The position numbers were made by a program, and so were the translations under genes. The notes under the pieces were generated by a model. That model made no database searches, had not been told where the DNA came from, and worked only from the letters and a program-made list of their open reading frames with translations. From Blastocatellia bacterium (lineage in GTDB: Bacteria; Acidobacteriota; Blastocatellia; UBA7656): 64,000 nucleotides of DNA. Positions 45,385 to 53,374 of the stretch are shown here, in pieces. The stretch is taken from positions 18,850 through 82,849 of the forward strand of contig DATNBZ010000204.1 of assembly GCA_035607285.1 (NCBI GenBank), written 5' to 3'. Numbering within the stretch: position 1 is the stretch's first letter; every line of letters starts with the position of its first letter.

Positions 45385-45389
45385 TTTTC

Positions 45390-46580
45390 ATGATTCGCTA
45401 TCCCGCTTTCGATCCACCCGAATATCTCGACTGGAAACCCGACGCCGAAGTTGTCGAAAGGTTCCAGCGCACACCTGAAGAAGATCCCGCGCGGGCCGCA
45501 ATCGTCCGGTCAATCGAATCAGCGCAACTGCTTGGGCTCTACGAAGGACTCCTTCGTAACAGACTCCACGACATCGCTCTGAAGCGATGGGTCAAACAAG
45601 GGGTAATTTCAAAGGCCTGGCTCGGCACCGGCGAAGAAGCGACAACGATCGGGCCGGTTCACGCGCTCGATCGCTCCGTTGCCGGCGACGGGCTTTCTAC
45701 TGACTTTGTGGCTCCAATGATTCGCAACGCCGGCGCTTGTCACGAGATGGGAATGCCGCTCGCCGATATGCTTCGCGGTTACCTCGGGACCGCGGACTCG
45801 CCGACTCGCGGCCGAGACCTTCACATCGGAGATTTCAAGCGCGGCGTGCTCGCCCCCATAAGCCAGGTCGGCGACATCATGGCTGTCACTGCCGGTCTAG
45901 CCCTCTCGTTTAAGCTGAAGCGTGAGCTTCGGGTTGCGTTAACCTGGATCGGCGACGGCTCGACGAAGTCCGGCGTATTCCACGAGAGCATGAACCTGGC
46001 GGCTGTTCAGCGCCTGCCAATGATCGTCATCATCCAGAACAACAAGGTCGCCTTAGGCACGCGATTGGATCAGCATCATCGCGGAAGTTTTTCCGACTGG
46101 CCTGCCGGCTACGGTGTTGAAGGCGGCTCGTTCGATGGGAACAACGTGCTTGATGCCTATGCGGCGACGCGGCTCGCGGCCGAGGCATGCCGGGCCGGCC
46201 GAGGCCCCGTTCTGTTGATAGCCGACACCTTCAGAATGGGCGGGCATGCGACGCACGATGAGCGCGAAGCGCGGGCAACCTTTGACGCAGAGCTATTCTC
46301 CTACTGGGGCAAGCGCGATCCAATCGGGGTGTATGAAACGTTTTTGATCGAGGGCGCTCTCGATCTCGAGAGCGGGCGCATGATGAAGAGTACCGATGCA
46401 CTGCGCGAACGAAATGCCGGGGTGCTTCGCAATGTCGAGCGACGCGTGATCGATGAGGTTGATCAAGCGGAGATTCAGGCTCTCGAGAGCAAGCGATCTC
46501 ACATGCCGCGGGCGGAATCGGCCGCCGAGGGAGTCTATGCTCAGGCGAAGATGGCCGAAGTAGCCTCAGCAGTTTCGTGA
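45390..46580 (+). CDS. thiamine-diphosphate-dependent 2-oxoacid dehydrogenase E1 alpha subunit
   Basis: The TPP-binding motif is IGDGSTKSGVFHESMNLAAVQRLPMIVIIQNN (GDG-X26-NN). The overall length and pattern match E1-alpha. Confidence 0.85.
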   Translation: MIRYPAFDPPEYLDWKPDAEVVERFQRTPEEDPARAAIVRSIESAQLLGLYEGLLRNRLHDIALKRWVKQGVISKAWLGTGEEATTIGPVHALDRSVAGDGLSTDFVAPMIRNAGACHEMGMPLADMLRGYLGTADSPTRGRDLHIGDFKRGVLAPISQVGDIMAVTAGLALSFKLKRELRVALTWIGDGSTKSGVFHESMNLAAVQRLPMIVIIQNNKVALGTRLDQHHRGSFSDWPAGYGVEGGSFDGNNVLDAYAATRLAAEACRAGRGPVLLIADTFRMGGHATHDEREARATFDAELFSYWGKRDPIGVYETFLIEGALDLESGRMMKSTDALRERNAGVLRNVERRVIDEVDQAEIQALESKRSHMPRAESAAEGVYAQAKMAEVASAVS

Positions 46581-46614
46581 TTGCACGTGCTCTGATTTAC
46601 GCCGTCTGAGATTC

Positions 46615-46738
46615 GGGTGTGATTAAAAAGCGGAACTTGCAACGGATAACGCACCACGTAGTAACGAATTTATTCGTTGGGATTCTGAGAAACGAATAAA
46701 TTCGTTACTACGTGGGAAGTCCGGCTTTTGATCATAGC
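46615..46738. mobile_element. MITE-like element D2 (inverted copy of D1)
   Basis: The reverse complement aligns base-for-base with D1 apart from a few substitutions and indels. The left end is gggtgtgattaaaaagcggaacttg. Confidence 0.85.
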
Positions 46739-46759
46739 TCTGACATTCAGGTCATTCTT

Positions 46760-47527
46760 ATGAAACCAATCGTAGTGTTACTTACTGTCCTTTGTTTCAC
46801 TGCTGTTCCAGCAAACTCGCAAAAGCGAAAGAAGCCGGCGGCGCGTTCGCATGCAGCGGCCCAGCCGTCCGACGCAAGCAAGCCGCGGTTGATCGGATCG
46901 ACCGTTGTCATTATGACGAAAAACGGTGATCGCATCACCGGCGAGTTGCTCGACCTGACAGCTTATAGCGTACGAATCAAAGCCGACAATCTGGAATCCT
47001 CAATTGCGCTGGATACGGTCGCTTCACTGTCGTTCACAGGCGCCGGCCTTCCTAACGAACGAAGTGACCGGCCTATTGGACCAGTAAGACCCGAATTCGC
47101 TCGCGACGCAGAGTTGCCGCTCGGTTTCTTTCAAACCCTTGCGTCGAGCCTGAAGCCGGGCGTCGACTATACGGAATATGGACGGCAATTGACGGAATTG
47201 CGTCGCGCGACGGAACGGTTTCTAAGCAAGTACAGCTCTACCGATAACCCCGCCGAATCTCGAGTAGTATCGCTGCTCGGCGGGGCGTTGACCGATTACA
47301 CGTGGGCTCGCGCAGTCTGGACTTTGAAGTTTGGACGGTCGAGCGACGGCACAATCAGCGACAACGAGTCTCCGGTCGTCACCGATACGCTTGCATTGTA
47401 TCCAGACCTGCGCGGACCGGCGGCTGCGGGAGCCAGGTTGTCTGCCGAGAAGCTGATTGCGGGTTTGTGGAGGAAGGCTTCCGAGAAAACGGATTCAGCC
47501 AAAAAGTTGATCTCATCATTTCGCTGA
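46760..47527 (+). CDS. hypothetical secreted protein
   Basis: The signal peptide is MKPIVVLLTVLCFTAVPANSQ. The start is set after MITE D2. Confidence 0.55.
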   Translation: MKPIVVLLTVLCFTAVPANSQKRKKPAARSHAAAQPSDASKPRLIGSTVVIMTKNGDRITGELLDLTAYSVRIKADNLESSIALDTVASLSFTGAGLPNERSDRPIGPVRPEFARDAELPLGFFQTLASSLKPGVDYTEYGRQLTELRRATERFLSKYSSTDNPAESRVVSLLGGALTDYTWARAVWTLKFGRSSDGTISDNESPVVTDTLALYPDLRGPAAAGARLSAEKLIAGLWRKASEKTDSAKKLISSFR

Positions 47528-47550
47528 TCTTATTAATAAGCAGAGGTGGT

Positions 47551-48228
47551 TCATTTGCTTGCGAGGTTCTCGCTTTCAACGTCAGCATCGAAGCTGGCGG
47601 AACCGAGTTCGGATCGCGAGCCTGCGAACGAATACCGTTCTTCGAATGTCCGCGCGATCTCGTCCAGCGGAGCATCCGAATAAGCTCCTCGATAATTTAC
47701 ATACTCCATGTGCTGATTCCCGTCGGCGTCGAACGGATGGTATAGCGAATCGTTTACTCCGTCGAACTCCAACGGCAGCAGGCGAAACTTTTCACAGAGC
47801 TCGATGTTGAAGGCCGGGGTTGCCTTGACCCACTTTCCTTCGAGCAGAATCTCCGTATAGCCGTGCCAGTAGAATATGTCGGTTTGCATCGTTCGCCGCA
47901 TTCTCTCGGTCGAAAGATGGTTGCGCACATCCGCAAAACCCAACCTCGCGCCAATTCCGATTGACCTGCAACAAGCTGCAAGCAGAATCGCTTTGGAAAC
48001 GCACCACCCTCGTCCAGTCGACAGCGTGGTGGTCGCCTTCATTCCACTCACGGATAGATCAATGTGATAGGGATCGTAGCGTATGGCGTCTCGCACGGCG
48101 TAGAACAGATTTGTTGCGCGCTGAATCTCCGAGTTTGCGCCGGCTGTATTTTTCGCTACGAAGTCGGCCACCGCGGGGCTATCGGATTCAATCGTGGGCG
48201 TGGGCAAGCGTAGTTCGTCCTGACTCAT
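47551..48228 (-). CDS. transglutaminase-like cysteine protease domain protein
   Basis: The core motif is GRGWCVSKAILLAACCRSIGIGARLGFADVRNH, followed by the downstream HGYTE and D residues of the Cys-His-Asp triad context. Confidence 0.85.
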   Translation of the reverse strand: MSQDELRLPTPTIESDSPAVADFVAKNTAGANSEIQRATNLFYAVRDAIRYDPYHIDLSVSGMKATTTLSTGRGWCVSKAILLAACCRSIGIGARLGFADVRNHLSTERMRRTMQTDIFYWHGYTEILLEGKWVKATPAFNIELCEKFRLLPLEFDGVNDSLYHPFDADGNQHMEYVNYRGAYSDAPLDEIARTFEERYSFAGSRSELGSASFDADVESENLASK

Positions 48229-48275
48229 ATCAGAGTCAGCCTACCTGAAGAACTACGGTTGATGGTAGTGATTCA

Positions 48276-48351
48276 GTTCAGAGTTCAATCTTTAGCTTGC
48301 CGTTTTTTCAAGCTACAAAACTCAGAGCAAGCTAAAGCTTGAACTCTGAAC
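48276..48351. repeat. hairpin reusing GTTCAGA units (25 bp arms)
   Basis: gttcagagttcaatctttagcttgc at 48276-48300 pairs with gcaagctaaagcttgaactctgaac at 48327-48351 (one offset mismatch). Confidence 0.85.
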
Positions 48352-48448
48352 CTCAAACTGACTCACGACACGGTTGATCCAACTGATGAAAGCTTTTATG
48401 CTATGTAGTAGACGGAAGCTTTGACGTGTTCGATCAGTGGAGCGAGCT

Positions 48449-48733
48449 ATGATTTGTCATCACTGCGGCACCGAGTTGAAAGTCGGAGGCTACATCTCGC
48501 GAAGCGATGAATGCCCACGTTGTAGCTCCGATGTCCATTGCTGCTTGAACTGCGATAACTACGACCAGCACGCGCATAACAAATGCCGGGAGCCGCAAGC
48601 TGAATGGGTCACGGATCGCGAGAAAGCAAACTTCTGCGATTTCTTTATTCCCAATAACCTGCGGCAAACGAGTGCCTTCAAGAGTCCCGCGGCAGACGCG
48701 CGCTCTGCCTTCGACAGCCTCTTCAAGAAATGA
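48449..48733 (+). CDS. small zinc-ribbon protein of unknown function
   Basis: MICHHCGTELKVGG...CPRCSSDVHCCLNCDNYD...CREP...FCDFF provides multiple CxxC pairs. GGAG lies 8 nt upstream of the ATG at 48449. Confidence 0.6.
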   Translation: MICHHCGTELKVGGYISRSDECPRCSSDVHCCLNCDNYDQHAHNKCREPQAEWVTDREKANFCDFFIPNNLRQTSAFKSPAADARSAFDSLFKK

Positions 48734-48875
48734 CATGTAGGGGCCATTCAAGAAACAACATGTCGGGGCGATTCAAGAAATGACATGTAGGGGCGGCCCT
48801 CCGTGGCCGCCCCTGTTTCAGCCAGGGAAAAGCGCGCGTAAAGAGGGGCGGCCACAGAGGGCCGCCCCTACATGT
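48722..48875. repeat. palindromic repeat family C copy preceded by tandem triplication of its left junction
   Basis: A 25 bp period occurs three times (ttcaagaaatgacatgtaggggc at 48722, 48747 and 48772). The full palindrome then runs acatgtaggggcggccctccgtggccgcccct...aggggcggccacagagggccgcccctacatgt. Confidence 0.9.
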
Positions 48876-48891
48876 GTATGCGCTCCCGACC

Positions 48892-50724
48892 TCAGAACAT
48901 CGACTTGTCCGACAATTTCGTAGTGTTCACCGGGCGGATCGTATCATCAGGTCCAAGCGAATATTGAGTAGCGGCAAGCTTCGCCTGGGCGCGCGCAACG
49001 TCTCTCAAAGTAATGATCCCCAGCAGACGCCCGTCATCCGTGCGAGACACCACCGGGAGCTGCGACAACTCGCGCTGAGCCAGCTTCAACACCACGGTGT
49101 CGAGCGTCTGCTCCGGATGAGCGTGGACGACCTTCTTCACCATTACGTCTTCGAGTAACTGACTCTGGCGTCCCTGCCCTTCGAGTCTTCTGAGATCCCC
49201 GGTCGTGATCAGCCCAACCATCCGTCCGCTGCTCAGCACCGGGTATCCGCTGAACTCCAGTGAGCCAACCACATCAAGGGCCTCCCGGACGGTTATATCG
49301 TTTGGAAGCGTAACCACATCGTGAGTCATAACCGAAGCCGCGGTTATCCCCGACAGAATGTCCGCCTTCGGCTGCTCGATTAGATGAATTCCGTCCTGGA
49401 ACATGAATGCCTCATAGATCGAGAGAGGCGTCAGTCGCGAAGCCACCGCGTAAGCAATCGCGTTGGCTACCATCAGCGGCAGGATGATCTCGTAGTTGTA
49501 GGTCATCTCGAAAATCAGGAGGATCGAAGTAATCGGCACGCGGATCACTGCCGCAAACATAGCTCCCATTCCTACAAGCGCAAATCCCCCGCGCGCGATA
49601 GCGGCGTTGGGCTCCACAAATATCAGCGCGTGCCATACTGCGACGCCGAGCATGCAGCCAACGAATAACGATGGACCCAGCACGCCTCCCGACATCCCTG
49701 ACCCGTAGCTGAATGCAGAAGCGAGTATCTTCGCAAGCATCAACGCCAGCACTGCTTTCAGGATCAACTGATCTTCGCCGCGAAGCACGTTCCCAAGAAA
49801 GTCATAGCCGAGACCCAGTGCGTTCGGCTGCCATATGCCGATCACCCCTATGATCAACCCGCCGATAGCGGGCTTTGACCAAATCGGCACGTGAACCCGA
49901 TCGCGGAAGGCGAAACGAAGCCACAGGATCAGTTTCGAAAATGCAACGCCCACTATGCCTGCGGTGGCGCCCAACCCTGCGTACGCAATCAGTTCTCTCG
50001 GATCGTTGAGCGCGTAAATGTTTGCGCCAATAAACAGCGGATGCGCGCCGAGCAGCCACCGTTCAATCGTAGCGGAGATTACCGCGGCGATTACGATCGA
50101 CGCTGCCAGCTTTTGATTGAGGTCGCCGATGATCTCTTCGAGCGCGAACGTGACCGCGGCTATCGGCGTGTTGAAGGCTGCCGCAATGGCCGCCGCCGCG
50201 CCTACCGGAAGCTGGTTCATTTGCTTACGGCGCGGGATCGAAAACATCTTGGCGATCAGATGCGAAAGCGCGGCGCAAATCTGAACGGTTGGTCCTTCTC
50301 GTCCGAGGCTGGCGCCGGTACCCACGTTGATCGCCGATATCACCGCTTTGCCAAAGGCGACGCGCATTGGAACGCGCCCGTAGTTCATCGAATAAGCGAT
50401 CTTGACTTGCGGGATGCCGCTGCCCCGGGCTTCGGGCGCGAAGTAGTGAATCAGCAAGCCGGCGGCCAGCCCTCCACCGGTCGGCACTATCAACATCCAC
50501 AGCGAGTGACTGCGACCCTGACTCGCGATTGCGCGTTCGATCAAGTTTGCCGATATGAGCCGGATGAGCCAGTGATAGCTTACCGCGACGAGTCCGCACG
50601 CTACTGCGATTGTGACGGTGAGTACAAAATACTTTTGGTTGGTGGGAAGGCGAAGCCGTTGGAAGATGCGCGTGGCGTTGAGCTCGACGCTGCGCCACCT
50701 CTTGATGAGTTCTGTTTGTTCCAC
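48892..50724 (-). CDS. ClC family voltage-gated chloride channel/antiporter with C-terminal CBS pair
   Basis: Selectivity motifs GSGIPQ, GREGPTVQ and GGVLGPSLF are present. The C-terminus has two CBS-like modules (VMTHDVVTL..., VVHAHPEQTL...). Confidence 0.9.
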   Translation of the reverse strand: MEQTELIKRWRSVELNATRIFQRLRLPTNQKYFVLTVTIAVACGLVAVSYHWLIRLISANLIERAIASQGRSHSLWMLIVPTGGGLAAGLLIHYFAPEARGSGIPQVKIAYSMNYGRVPMRVAFGKAVISAINVGTGASLGREGPTVQICAALSHLIAKMFSIPRRKQMNQLPVGAAAAIAAAFNTPIAAVTFALEEIIGDLNQKLAASIVIAAVISATIERWLLGAHPLFIGANIYALNDPRELIAYAGLGATAGIVGVAFSKLILWLRFAFRDRVHVPIWSKPAIGGLIIGVIGIWQPNALGLGYDFLGNVLRGEDQLILKAVLALMLAKILASAFSYGSGMSGGVLGPSLFVGCMLGVAVWHALIFVEPNAAIARGGFALVGMGAMFAAVIRVPITSILLIFEMTYNYEIILPLMVANAIAYAVASRLTPLSIYEAFMFQDGIHLIEQPKADILSGITAASVMTHDVVTLPNDITVREALDVVGSLEFSGYPVLSSGRMVGLITTGDLRRLEGQGRQSQLLEDVMVKKVVHAHPEQTLDTVVLKLAQRELSQLPVVSRTDDGRLLGIITLRDVARAQAKLAATQYSLGPDDTIRPVNTTKLSDKSMF

Positions 50725-50744
50725 CTTCGCTTAAGCTGACAAGA

Positions 50745-50844
50745 GATCCGTGTAAATCCGTCTAATCAGTGTCATCAGTGGTCGATCATTCGAACGAGAC
50801 CACCGATAGACCGCGGATGACCCGGATCTGACTGATCCGCGCGG
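50745..50844. repeat. palindromic intergenic repeat, family F
   Basis: The right arm atagaccgcggatgacccggatctgactgatccgc parallels the right arm of the copy at 4071-4158. Confidence 0.7.
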
Positions 50845-50861
50845 ACCACTGGCTGCCGCGC

Positions 50862-51698
50862 TCATTGACGTGCGCCAACTGCAGCAACTTTCAGATCATT
50901 TGTTACTTTCTTCACGCCCGCGACACTCTGAGCGACGCGTTCCGCGAGCAATTGCTCTGCGCGTGACCGCACGGTTCCGGAAAGCGTGACTGTGCCGTCC
51001 TCTGCTTTGACTTGCATGGTTAGAGTGTTGAACGCATTCGTTCGGTACAGCTCAAACTCAACACGCTTGGCAAGATCCGTAGTCAAGTCAGCCGGCAGCG
51101 AGCTTGCCGCAGGAGGCTCCGTCGCCGCCTGGGGATTCGTAACGTTCAGGTTGTTGGTCACGCCCGCAACGCCATCAACAGCTCGCGCGATTTGCTCGGC
51201 TCCGTTGCGCTGCGCGGGCGTTTCAACCGTGCCTGACAAGGTCACTGTCCGGTTGTCGACTTTGACGTCAACGCTCTTTCCTCCCAGCTCTCGACTGTGA
51301 GACAGGGCTTCGAGTATCGCGACGCGAATCTCCAGGTCCTCAACGTGAACGCTTTCGCTCGACGGCTGGGCGCCGGGCTCGATCGCGATCTCGTTCTTTA
51401 CTTCCGTAACGCCGGGAGTGTCCCTCGCGATTTCTCCGGCGAGCGACTTCGCGTCTTCGGACGGCACTCGCCCGGTAAGCGTGACCACTCCATTGTTGGT
51501 GTTGGCATCGATGTCGAATCCGGCAAGACGCTTTGAAAGCCCGACTGCAGTCTTCACCTTTCGAGTGGTGGCCGCGTCGCCGGAGGATGAGAAGAGAGAG
51601 CTGAAGCTTCCGGGCTTCTTCCAACCATGAGTGTAAACGTAATAACCGGCGACACCCACTACGACGAGCAGAATCAGCAGCGTTATCAGCTTTCGCAT
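50862..51698 (-). CDS. BON domain-containing protein (OsmY-like), membrane anchored
   Basis: An N-terminal TM helix is followed by three BON-type repeats, ending GVTEVKNEIAI, GVAGVTNNLNV and GVKKVTNDLKV. Confidence 0.85.
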   Translation of the reverse strand: MRKLITLLILLVVVGVAGYYVYTHGWKKPGSFSSLFSSSGDAATTRKVKTAVGLSKRLAGFDIDANTNNGVVTLTGRVPSEDAKSLAGEIARDTPGVTEVKNEIAIEPGAQPSSESVHVEDLEIRVAILEALSHSRELGGKSVDVKVDNRTVTLSGTVETPAQRNGAEQIARAVDGVAGVTNNLNVTNPQAATEPPAASSLPADLTTDLAKRVEFELYRTNAFNTLTMQVKAEDGTVTLSGTVRSRAEQLLAERVAQSVAGVKKVTNDLKVAAVGARQ

Positions 51699-51800
51699 TC
51701 AATTCCCTCCCCTGCGTAGAATTTAGATGATAGCACCCGGCTTATATTCAACGAAGGCAACAACTCCATCAGGCGTATTCAGTTCGGCTTGCGAGGAGAA

Positions 51801-51879
51801 TTAACCGCTGATTCACGCAGTCTTCGGTACGCTGATCGGCGCAGATCAGCGAAACAAAGTCAGCGCAATCAGCGGTTAA
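51801..51879. repeat. palindromic intergenic repeat G (TTAACCGCTGATT ... AATCAGCGGTTAA)
   Basis: The outer 13 bp inverted repeat is perfect. An inner gctgatc/gatcagc pair is also present. Confidence 0.85.
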
Positions 51880-51932
51880 TCCTAGCCGGGTCATGCCGTT
51901 GCTCATCGTCATCTGTATCATTGCGAGCGCTT

Positions 51933-53084
51933 TCAAGCGGGCATCTCATAAATTCGGTAGACCTTCGAGCGGCGGCCACCAACCAACTCGGCCGCGCGAT
52001 TCATCATTATGTTGTTCTCCAGCACCCAACTCATCTCGCCCGTTCCCAGCCCGGCGGCTGGGGCTCGACGATATATTTCGTCCAAAAAGATCGACCCAAT
52101 CCCAAGGTTCTGGAATTCAACGATGCCGCCCATCGTGATGACACGGATCGCGCCGATCTTGCGCGAATGCCATAGCAGCTTCAGTAACCCAAACGGCAGC
52201 AAGCGCCCGTTTATCTTCTTCAGCGCGCGATTTATGTCGGGCACCGCAAGCAGAAATCCTACGGGTCTGCGACCTCCTCCTTCAGTTTCCTGTTCGGCAA
52301 TCAATACCACTCGCGGATCAACGATTTGCTTGAGGTCTTTCGCCATATGGTCGAACTCTTCTTCGCTCATCGGCACAAATCCCCAGTTGCGACTCCAGGC
52401 GTCATTGTAGACCCTGCGGACTATGCCGACTTCGTTTCTGAAGTCCTTCATGTTTACCGGCCGAACGCTGATGTTGCTCTTCTTCCTTAGTCGTTCGGCG
52501 ACGCGCTGAAGCTTATTCGAATGATTGAAGTAACTGTCGGCGATGTCGTAGGCGTACAGATCCATCGCCTTCTTCAATCCGCACGCCTCCAGGAGAGTCG
52601 CGTAGTAAGGCGGGTTGTAGGTCATCATAACCATCGGGTCGAGATCAAATCCTTCGACCAACAACCCGCATTCATAATTGGTTGAAGGATTCACCGGACC
52701 GCGGATAACTTCCGCGCCACGCGCGCGAACCCAGTCGCGCGCAGCTTCAACAAGAGCGGCCGCCGCCTGGCCGTCGTTCTCCGCCTCGAAGAAACCGAAG
52801 AACCCGGCGCGCTCGTTTTGAAACTCGTTGTGCGCGTGATTGAGGATCGCCATTATTCGCCCGACGACTTTGCCATCACGCTCGGCGAGAAACATCTCCG
52901 CATCAGAAGTCTTATAGAACGGATGAGTCCGTGTATTGAGGATGTCTTTCTGGGCAAGCCTCAAGGGCGCGATCCAGTGCGCGTCCCCTCGATAGAGCCG
53001 ATATGGCAGGTCGATAAAGTTTCGGAGATCACGGGCCGAACGCACCGGCAATACTTGGATCGCGTCAGCCATCGGTTCTGCCAT
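51933..53084 (-). CDS. probable GNAT-like N-acetyltransferase family protein (function unknown)
   Basis: 383 aa. The N-terminal VRSARDLRNFIDLPYRLYRGDAHWIAPLRLAQKDIL resembles a conserved uncharacterised acyltransferase-like family, from recollection only. Confidence 0.5.
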   Translation of the reverse strand: MAEPMADAIQVLPVRSARDLRNFIDLPYRLYRGDAHWIAPLRLAQKDILNTRTHPFYKTSDAEMFLAERDGKVVGRIMAILNHAHNEFQNERAGFFGFFEAENDGQAAAALVEAARDWVRARGAEVIRGPVNPSTNYECGLLVEGFDLDPMVMMTYNPPYYATLLEACGLKKAMDLYAYDIADSYFNHSNKLQRVAERLRKKSNISVRPVNMKDFRNEVGIVRRVYNDAWSRNWGFVPMSEEEFDHMAKDLKQIVDPRVVLIAEQETEGGGRRPVGFLLAVPDINRALKKINGRLLPFGLLKLLWHSRKIGAIRVITMGGIVEFQNLGIGSIFLDEIYRRAPAAGLGTGEMSWVLENNIMMNRAAELVGGRRSKVYRIYEMPA

Positions 53085-53193
53085 ATTTGTAGTCCTGTGC
53101 CCGGCTGCAAAGGGCGCGTGGTTGGAAGCGCATTATAGGGAAAACACCGGAGCGGCACAACGCTACTGAAATCATCCGGTTGATATTTCCAGC

Positions 53194-53305
53194 AGACATG
53201 TAGGGGCGGCCCTCCGTGGCCGCCCCTGTTTGGCATATTGTTTGGCATATGTGATCTACCGGTAACCAAACAGGGGCGGCCACGGAGGGCCGCCCCTACA
53301 TGTCT
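53194..53305. repeat. palindromic intergenic repeat, family C
   Basis: agacatgtaggggcggccctccgtggccgcccctgttt pairs with aaacaggggcggccacggagggccgcccctacatgtct. Confidence 0.95.
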
Positions 53306-53374
53306 GCCTTACGTTGACCATCCAAAAAAGCACAGCGTAAGATTCCCTTTTGCATTTGGGCCGTGAGGGACTAC

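Noticed and set aside
50725-50861. A fluoride or other riboswitch upstream of the ClC gene; likewise a c-di-AMP (ydaO-type) riboswitch upstream of the permease at 29963-30260.
   Set aside because: These leaders are occupied by family F and family A palindromes. I could not recognise the conserved riboswitch cores by eye, and a covariance-model scan (Rfam/Infernal) would be needed.
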